Origin: Octopus sinensis
Taxonomy: Eukaryota
Assembly: GCF_006345805.1 (NCBI RefSeq)
Contig: NC_042998.1
Coordinates: forward strand, 119,226,001 to 119,290,000
DNA length: 64,000 nt
Direction: 5' to 3'
Both the position numbers and the translations under genes were made by a program. The notes beneath the pieces were generated by a model. The model ran no database searches, was not told the origin of the DNA, and worked only from the letters and a program-made list of their open reading frames with translations. This document shows positions 53,726 through 64,000 of the stretch, piece after piece (position 1 is the first letter of the stretch; the number at the start of each line of letters is the position of its first letter).

Positions 53726-55055
53726 ATAACTACCTTATGCTTCATAGATAGAATGTATCATGATGACATTTTTAGACAATCGTTTTTATCTGGGGGACAT
53801 CTCCGTTGTTAATTTCACAGAGTTAATTGCGGTTCCTAGTTTAACAACCACATCGTGGTTCACTTGTTGCTCGCTTTTACGTTGATTCTTTCGAGTAAAC
53901 CATCTAGAATACAACATTAGTTGAGCCAATTAGAAGCCCACTTCAACCCATCTTCTTTCTAAAAGTCTAATTCGCTCTAAATACAATAAATGAAGGCTCG
54001 ATCGAGCAGCATGACAATAGTTATTATACATGTACACTAATTGTGTAGATGGATTTATAACCTTTGTAGGCCTTTGTCCTATATTATCTCAATTATTCCC
54101 CCCCCCCCGTAGATGTCAGGGAAATGATGCGTGCAGAGGTACAACTGCAACTGCTGCAGATTAATCAAATTCTTCTAGAATATCTCAAAGCCTATCCACT
54201 GAACAAATTGTACAGCTCACCTTCGAATATCCTTTAATAATAGTGAGGAAAATTGTCAATCGTTTGTGTGTTTGTTTATTTAATTATGAGTCAGAAAAGG
54301 ATATATGGTTAGTAGATTTTGCACTTCCATAAATAAGTTGGTGCGGCTACTTTTGAATGAAAGAATAGACAAGTTCCTTTTTGCACATTTGCAGCAGGAA
54401 TTATTTTGCTATTACTAATGTCTACAGAAAGAATCTGACTTTTCTTAATTCAAATGAATTTACTATTACCATTTAGGTGATTGATAATTTTTATGATGCA
54501 TTTGTCTTAAGTCAAAATAACAAATAAACTACTCTTATCACTTTGCCTATTTTGTTATTGGTTTGCTTTTCAGATTGTGTGCCGTGACTGTTTAAGTTTC
54601 GTGTTAAGTACTTTTTTTGTTGCTATGTCTGTATCTCTGTTTATTGGTTTTTGCCTTTGAATAAGTCTTGAAGTTTGTCGATTATTATTATTGTGTTTAT
54701 CTCTGAAATTCTCTAAGGATTGGTAGAGTAGATCGTGTTTGACTTTCCTTTTGGTTTTGGTAATATTTTCGTTCTAGGTTTAGATTGATACCAAGGTTGA
54801 GAAACGTAATTTAATCTGAGTTGTGTGTGTGTGCTATGGGAGATAAATTATCTTCGTGTGTCGGCACCTTGAGTTTACTGTTATAGAGTCTGTTCAGCTA
54901 TTTTTATGTTATTGTTTCTTATTCAGCGCGAATAGGATGTCTGTGTATTATCAATAGCTGTAAGAATATTATTTAATAAATGATTTCTACTTGGTGATTT
55001 ATCGATAGCTTTCTTGAAACGTAACTTTCCACTTGTTGCTTATGTGTGTACATAC

Positions 55056-55189
<134 letters not shown>

Positions 55190-57773
55190 CATATATCTTT
55201 ATACGTATACATATACGTAAATTCTTATACGTACACATATATAAATTAGATATATAGATGTGTATTTATATATGTGCATGATTTATCTGTATACATACAG
55301 TATGTGTGTGTATGTGTGTGTGTGTATGCGCGTGTGTGTGTGTATGTGTGTGTGTACATATGACGTAAACAATATATAATATATATTTATTTATTTATAT
55401 ATTCTGAATTGTGAATGCGCTGTTCAATTTGCGTTTCTGTAATCGTTCATTCTAATTCTCAAATATAATTTTCGCTATTTTTGTTTTGTTTTGTTTGGTT
55501 GTTCTATCATACAATTCATATCTATGTACATGAGGAACAGCTTTTCTTTTCAAAATGTATTACTGGAAATACTACTTATATCAGTATATCCTAAAACCAC
55601 CAATAACTGCCATTGCATGAATGGATATAATGAATGCAGGCTTGGATATAAAACGTCAGTCATAAAATATTTACTCAGCAGAACTTTCAGATTCTCCTCC
55701 ACAATGGAATCACCATTAAATATAGAATAACGCCAACCAGTGACATGATGTTTAAGTGATGGCTCGGCCTAGAAGGAAAAGCAGGTAACTCTATTTCAAA
55801 TCATACCTTACTATATTTAAATATTGTGATCCTGGGTTCCACACATATAGGAAAAAGATGTGATGGTTACGGCTGAAATGCTTTTGATCATAGATCTACC
55901 CCGATCAGGAATAAGCTTGGCACAAACAACAACAACTAGAGAATATAGCAAATGCTAGTCACTAGCAGAAATAGCTATTATATTCACTCAGCATTGCTGT
56001 TGTACTCAGCACTGCAATTTTCTCAACATTACCATTATACTGAATACTCCTGTTATACTCAGCACTACTATGTCCCTCAAGACTGACATTCTTAATAATA
56101 ACATTTAAAATACAAAATATTTTATGTGACAAATGGTGAGATTGGGTTCATTCGTGTATAACAAGTTTGTTTCAGACCTACGTGTTTTCGGTTTCAGTCT
56201 CACTGAACATTACTGATAATCTCATGTCAACGAAAGCTTTGGAAGTTGAGTGGAACTTGATGGATGGAAACTGCGTAGTCAGAGGAATCGTTCCTGTTTT
56301 GGGGTGGTAGATTCAATCCGTCGCTTGCTTTAAAACAACCACCTGGCTTCTTGGTGTTTTAGTAATTTCAACCCTGTTACAAGTATTCGAACCAGGTCTG
56401 AGCTGTGAATATAACATAATTCCTTCTTCCCACTAGTTAGAGATGTGTTGAAAAAATGTTTATGGGTATTATCTTTCCTCCTCTGTTTAAGGCATTAAAA
56501 TGACTTAAAGAAACAGAAACACATGAAAATTGCTTATGAAGACAATATCAACCGTAAAGTATAATTCAAAACTCGATAAGCAGATAACACTTCCGAATAA
56601 CAACCTAACAGTTCCTCCAGTCAATGAAGAAACTTCGACGCAGTGGCTCAAAGTGCCAGAAATAACAGCCGCATTACATCTAAATGTCTCATGAAAGGAC
56701 ATGTGAAGCTGTCAGGAGTATATAAGTTATTCTAGAACATAACACAGAATGGTTATGGTTAAAAGAGCCTTTGATCATATGTTTGTTTGTTTTATCAGAG
56801 CTTGTTTTATCAGAGCGTGTCTGGTGCAACAATAACAAAACCAGGCGCTACAGCCAAACTAATTCGCAATTGTTAAAAGGAATCTGAGGCGAAAGGTCAG
56901 TAAAATTTTGAGAGTTGAGTGATAACGAAAGAGAAATAGAGAGGATACCCTTCCCATGATTCTTGTCTGCAAGACAACAGCCAATAAACGCTGATACTAA
57001 AATCAGTTCATCCAGAAGATAAGAGAAAAAAGATCTTGAAATGAAAGTCGAGGAAACTAATAAATTTATTGTCCCAAAGAAAATATAAACGAGTAATAAG
57101 GAAACAGAAAAATATTTCCTTAATAAAAAAGATAAAACTTGAACGCATGTATGTGTGTGCGCATGTATGTGTCTGAGCGTGTCTGCGTGTGTCCGTGTGT
57201 ATGTGTTTCATATACATATATGTATGTGTATGCAAACAGCGAGCTCATAAATAAACTTATAAACATATACACCTTGTGCCGTTCACACTCATTACGTTTC
57301 CACGTATATGTAATGATACACATTATATACAAACAGAAACAGAGGGAGCCTACTTTACACGCACAAACACACACGTACATATGTATACATCACTCCAAAC
57401 ACAGATACTGACTAACACATGCATGCACAAACAGATCAAATATACACACTAGCAAACATATGTACAGTTGCATATAAAAGTACAAAGGCTCACACATTTA
57501 ATCTCACAGACATGAGCAATTCAATCTTTAGTACAGTTCTACTATACACGTACACATACATGTAGTTCATATACAAATGATACATATATGTTTGCGCATA
57601 TACACTGGCATAAATTTACTCATAAATATGAATCTCTCGACATACACACATACACAATTCTATCTAATCATATACATTGACTGATATATGTAGTTCAATT
57701 TATACCTACATAAACCAATACACGGTTAGCCATTATTTTATGTATCTATACATTCACACATACACACACTAAC

Positions 57774-58038
<265 letters not shown>

Positions 58039-58390
58039 TAATGTATATGCACAAATATCTATCTATCTTCCCGAGGAAGAAAAATAACTCAGAAACCGTT
58101 CGTCTGCTGGTACTGCCACCAGCAAGAAGGGAGCGGTGAGCCTCCTTGCTTACAGTATGTCTCGGACACAGATCATGTGTCGACAAACCAGCTGGAAAAG
58201 ATGTTTTCCTGGGGTTAAAAAGTCGTAACATAGTCCTAGTCAGGACTGCCACATTATATCAGCAAATAAACTTTACTATACACACACACACACAAACAAA
58301 CACACACACACTCACACACACTCACACACACTCACACACTCACACACATATCACATACACACATATATGTGTGTGTCTGTACGTTTTATA

Positions 58391-58546
58391 AGTGGTTCTG
58401 TGGTAAAAAGCTTGCTTCCCAACCACATGGTTCTGGATTCAGTCTCACTGCGTGGCACCTTGGGTAAGTGTCTTCTACTATAGCCTCGGGCCGACCAAAG
58501 CCTTGTGAGTGGGTTTGATAGACAGAAACTAAAAAAAGACTGTCGT
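58391..58546 (+). mobile_element. SINE-A 5' half
   Basis: gtggtaaaaagcttgcttcccaaccacatgg..ggcaccttgggtaagtgtctt. Confidence 0.9.
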
Positions 58547-58594
<48 letters not shown>

Positions 58595-58611
58595 TATATA
58601 TTATATATATC

Positions 58612-58887
58612 ACGTCACGTGACCGACCAGACCATCAGATGTTGCTACACATCGCTGGTCACAATACGTTCGCATTGTTTTAGCTTTGAATGACGTCACC
58701 CGCTGGCTAAGCGAGCAGGCCAACAGCAGAAAGAGTGAGAGAAAGAGTACATCAGGGATCACCACCCCCTGCCGGAGCCTCGTGGAGCTTTTTAGGTGTT
58801 TTCGCTCAATAAACACACAACGGCCGGTCTGGGAATATATATATGGAGGCGCAATGACCCAGTGGTTAGGGCAGCGGACTCGCGGTT

Positions 58888-58891
<4 letters not shown>
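58612..58891 (-). mobile_element. SINE-C-type element with a different tail and a locally inverted tRNA head
   Basis: Body gccggagcctcgtggagc..aggtgttttcgctcaataaacacac is on the minus strand; head tggaggcgcaatgacccagtggttaggg is on the plus strand at 58843-58891. Confidence 0.85.
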
Positions 58892-58927
<36 letters not shown>

Positions 58928-58931
<4 letters not shown>

Positions 58932-59119
58932 CACAAAACTTACAGGTGTAAGTTGATTACATCGACCCCCAGCGCTCAACTGCTACTATTTTTATTGACC
59001 CCGAAGGAGATAAAAGGCAAAGTGAACCTCAGTAGAATTTGAACTCAGAACGTAAGGACAGATAAAATGGCACTAAGCATTTTGCCCGGCATATTAACGA
59101 TTCTGCCAGCTCCCCGCTT
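58928..59119 (-). mobile_element. SINE-B
   Basis: Reverse complement of the SINE-B head and body. Confidence 0.88.
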
Positions 59120-59536
59120 TCCACTTTATTATATTAATGACTGAGCATTGCACAGGCACTTGGATAGATTGTGTACGACAGTGTTTTTAAAGGCAGGCCT
59201 TTTGAATTATAGGAACATGCATGCAACAGATTTCAGTTTCCATCTACCCATTTCACTCACATGGCGTGGGTTGACTCAAAGCTATAGTAGAAATTACACA
59301 TTAAAGGTGCCCTGCGATTAAATGAAACCTGGGATTTCGTGATTGTGAAGTGAACTTCGAAATCATTTTGTCATGCCGGCGCACTATCACTTTCACACGG
59401 CTATACATATCTCTGTTTACATATATGCAATACTCTTAAGTATACATGTGTACTTACATGCATAAATACTTATACTCGCATCCCACACACACAAATGTAT
59501 ATGACACGCTGCTATGCATACGTGCACAATGCATTC

Positions 59537-59639
<103 letters not shown>

Positions 59640-60912
59640 CATACGTACATAGAAGCATTCATATGCACACGCCTGCATGCAACATACACACATACATGAA
59701 ATATAAATTAGAATACACATACATGGAGATACAGACACACACATACATCCACACACATTCACACAGATACACACACATGCGCATGTGCGCGTACGTATAC
59801 ACACACGTGCGCGCGTGGAGGTATATGCACACGCATTACGATCGGCATCAGCAGTGTCATAAATTAAGCAGATTCAGTTAATTGCATTTTCATCTTCCAG
59901 ATGTTATCTGTAGATTTGCCACTTATACCTGGTAACTGGTTACTATGACTGCGGAGATTGCAGATATGTTGTTACTATGGTGATAAATGTTGTGGCGGAG
60001 GAGTGACTGTGGTGTGATGTGGGGTGGCTACTTCATGGAGAAGCAGGGCCAGAGAGGGATGATGAGAGGCCTTTGGTTTGTGCTGTGTCGGCACGTTGAT
60101 TGCTTTATCTAATTAATAGTGCGCATGTGTGTATGTGTGTATATGTAAACATGTTTGCGGGTATTATATCTTTCTGTGTGTCGATGTGTAAGTGCAGTTT
60201 TATGTGTATGGGCTTATGTGTTTCTATGTACAAGTGTATGTGTATGCTTGTAGGTCGCAGGGAGTCTTTCTCTGTGTGTATGTGTATGTCTATAGTTGTG
60301 TGCGTAGGTGTTTCCATATAGCCCTATGTGGCGCGTGTGTATGTTTCCGTTTATGTGTATATGTTTGTATATGCATTTGTGTGTGTATGTGTATGTGTGC
60401 GTTAATGTATGTTCCTATGTGTAGGCGTCTATGTACAAATCTATGTGGGAGACTATGTATGTGTTTATGCGTAGGCATGCGTATGTGTGATTCATTGTAT
60501 GTTATTATATGTGAATAGGTGTATGCGTAAACCTTTATGTTGTTCAGTGTACGTTCTTATGTATAGGTATGTACGTGTAGATATATGTAAGGGCGTATAT
60601 CTATGTTTCTATACGTAATTTTCTACATGTAGACCTCTGCGTATGTTTGCGTGCGGTGCGTGTTTATATTCTATGTGAGTGTGCATGTGCATTTCCGTGT
60701 GTAGATGTGTATGTAAAGACACCTATGTATTACTATGTGCATGTGTGTGTGTGTGTGTGCACCTATAGGCATGTGTGTGTGACTATGTTTATTTTACTGT
60801 GTTTAAGTGTGTACGTCTGGGCCAGTGTGTGTGCGTATATGTGTGTGTGTGTGTTCATGTCTTCCTGTATATGTGTGCGTGTAGGCCTGTGCATGTGTAT
60901 CTGTATGTGCAA

Positions 60913-60975
<63 letters not shown>

Positions 60976-61528
60976 TGTGTGTACGTATATATGGCATATA
61001 TATATATATGTACGTACGTATGTATGATATGTATGCATGTATGTATGTATGTATGTATGTATGTATGTATGTATGTATGTATGTATGTATGCATGCAAGC
61101 ATGTATGTATGTATGTATGCATGTATGTATGTATGCATGTATGTATGTATGTATGTATGTATGTATGTATGTATGTATGTATGTATGCTTCCATGTGTGT
61201 GTGCGTTTTAAACCTGTGTATGTGTGTATGTATGCGTGTATGTATATGTTACCGTCTACAAAAGTATACATATCGGTTTGTGCGTATGGATCTGTGTGTA
61301 CGGCCCAGTGTGTAAGTATATACATATATGTATGTTGTTATTTTCTGCTACAATAAGTCACAAGTGAGTTGTCATCTCTTAAACTAAGTTGTTGTTGCAG
61401 AAACAATGGTGTTAACTTGGTGTAGGCATCGTTGGGGGAGAGTGATGATGGTAGTGGTTGTGGTAGTGGCAGTGTTGTTATTAGGAAGTAGTGGTAGCAG
61501 TGGTGTTGGGATCTCAACGAGCCTATTG

Positions 61529-61806
<278 letters not shown>

Positions 61807-62140
61807 GGTGGTGCCAACGCTGGAGTTGAGATTCTTGGAGGCTGAGGTGTTTCTGGATGCTGATGAGTTTCTGATGTTGTGGTTGTTGAGGTGGTGGTTA
61901 AGGTGATGATGATGCTGCAGCTTGTCGTAATAATGGTGGTGATGGTGACGATGAGCATCCCATAAATATCCTTCCTGACTACTTTAAATCACTCCCTTTC
62001 TCTCAGATTTCCATCACTTAACATGCCAATGCTTCTAATAAATCATGGATTCTTCATTTTCCGCAACGCAAAAAAAGAAAGAAACATTCGCTGCTCAAAA
62101 TATATTTTTCCCCTTCTCTCTTCTCTTTTCCCTCTCTCTT

Positions 62141-62210
<70 letters not shown>

Positions 62211-62913
62211 ACTGCTGATTTACTGTTCGCATTTGCGGCCTAGAGAGATCTAGGTGAGTCTTAAGGATGCTGTCTGTTTTTGGCTCATCTGATGAAGAGC
62301 ATATTATTTCGCTGTCAGCTAACCAATCTTAAACTGGTCCTTGAGAAAGTCATTTAACTCTTATTGGCTCACCATAAGTATACATTCGCTGATGGAATAA
62401 TGTCAGGTATTCAAAAGAGCTACACTCTCTGAACAATATGGCTTCGAACCATTTACTTTTTCTATCAATTTCGCGTTAGCTCTAACAAAGGAAAAGAGTT
62501 TAATCAAAATGAATGCTTGAAGATTTATTTTTTCGGAGCGAAATTCCTCTCAACGAAGGCGAGATGACTGTAACTAAAAGTATCTCTTGATCCGCTACAA
62601 ATGTGTAGTTTAATCAGCTACATTCCATCGTGTTCAGGCAAACATGGCAGGGAATATAAAACAATAAGGTAATCTTCAATAACAACAGAAACAAACATCA
62701 ATATTAACTATCAAACTGCATAGATACATTGAGATGGAAAATGCATCAATGAAGGCAGTAAGAGCACTGTATAACTGACGGATGTTCATTTAGTTTTGCA
62801 ACTTCTTGAAATCAAGTGTGTACAGTTTTGTCTCTCAGTCATTTAAGAAGCATAATGATATTTGTAATAAAATTTTAATAATTTTTGTTTTTTAGAAACT
62901 GTGAGAGATATCA

Positions 62914-63156
62914 AACTCGAAGTAGATGAAGCTATAATTAAAAGAATGTAGAATATTGGGTTAAGAAATCAGTGAATAAATATGTCAAGGGCTGTCCGAA
63001 CTCATATCTTCTGTGAACATGACAGATGTGCTTTGTCATGTTCACAGAAGGTATGGGTTCGTGTCCCACCAGCAGCTTTCGACTCTTTCCAATCCAAAGT
63101 CGTTTTTTGCCCAATATTCTACATGCTGTTATTTATAGCTATATCTACTTCGAGTT
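62914..63156. mobile_element. Palindromic MITE-like element with a central near-perfect hairpin
   Basis: Outer arms aactcgaagtagat..gctata..atgtagaatattggg / cccaatattctacat..tatagc..atctacttcgagtt; inner 17-bp perfect stem at 63008-63024 / 63034-63050. Confidence 0.8.
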
Positions 63157-63504
63157 CAACCATTAAAGCAATTTTCTTGCTATTAGTTCAAGTAGAATTA
63201 ACGCACATCATGTTTCTTCTCATTACGGGAGCACGTACATACCGTTATTTCAGGCAGACACCTGATGACACAAGGAAATGTAAAATAGAAGGCGAATGTC
63301 TTGTAAGCATTATTATGGTAAATGTACATCCCAAACATGAGGTTGATATGTGGAGATCATAATCGTTAATAAAAACTTAGCTCAGATATTTAAACATAGT
63401 ATCAGGTGATGTCGTCCTTCTTGTTTAGTAAAGCAATCATTGTTTTTATTTATTCAATTTACATGCGTATTTCCAGAATAGTTATATCGCTGTCAATATA
63501 CACA

Positions 63505-64000
63505 TTCTCATCTTTTCGGGGGTCGATAAATTAAGCACCAGTTGCGTACTGGGATCGACTGGCACCCTCCCCCAAAATTTCGGGCCTTGTGCCTAGAGTA
63601 GAAAAGATTATATGCATTCTCACAAAGGCAGCGAGCCGGCAGAAACATTGGCACGTCGGGCGAAATGCTTAGTGGTATTTCATCTGTCTTTACGTTCGGA
63701 GATCAAATTCCGCCGAGCTCGACTTTTCCGTTCATCCTTTCGGGGTCGATAAATTAAGCACCAGTTGCGTTCTGGGGTCGATCTAATCGACTGACTCCCT
63801 CCACAAAAATTTCGGACCTTATGCCAAGAGTAGAAAAGATTATATACAATGTGGTGAGCTAGGAGAATCATTAACGCGCCGGATAAAATGTTTTACGTTC
63901 TGAGTTCAAATTCTTCTGAGGTTGACTTTGTCTTTCATTCTTTCGAGATCAATAAATACCAGTCGAGCACTGATGTTGATGTAATTGACTCTCCCCCTCC
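63505..64000 (+). mobile_element. Three tandem SINE-B copies (3' fragment, full copy, degenerate copy running off the window)
   Basis: Repeated tttcggggtcgataaattaagcaccagttgcgt..gagtagaaaagattatat; head at about 63627. Confidence 0.9.

Noticed and set aside
54113-54237. Possible terminal exon after a poly-C/AG acceptor (VREMMRAEVQLQLL...)
   Set aside because: Only about 41 codons, no recognisable homology and no partner exons; compatible with chance.
62289-63280. CTGATGA at 62289 and 63262 (also about 45907-45913 on the minus strand) as hammerheads
   Set aside because: No stem II plus GAAA plus stem I arrangement.

Overview
AT-rich, repeat-saturated eukaryotic DNA with no host gene I can support, so probably intronic or intergenic. 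The SINE types, LINE mix and very dense (TA)n/(TACA)n/(GATA)n/(TAA)n microsatellites point to an octopus genome; this is an inference. Identifiable content: two Tx1/L1-clade LINEs, one RTE LINE, two R4/Dong-like LINEs with restriction-like endonucleases, a HERO-like fragment and two Penelope-like (GIY-YIG) elements. There are also many short Penelope-type terminal fragments with hammerhead-ribozyme (HHR) motifs, a maT/DD37D-like transposon, a Tc1-like transposon with DD36E spacing, and at least three tRNA-derived SINE types (labelled A, B and C here). Most listed ORFs are microsatellite artefacts. Main leads: (1) SINE-B copies carry the Tx1 3' tail, and both a Tx1 copy and a SINE-B copy end at the same nucleotide inside SINE-B, suggesting a Tx1 that targets the SINE it mobilises; (2) about ten HHR or HHR-fossil motifs, mostly beside microsatellites, including one converted into a perfect 77-nt palindrome; (3) apparent partitioning of microsatellite targets among retroelement families; (4) several long fold-back structures. 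Element boundaries are approximate and family names come from motif recognition, not database searches.
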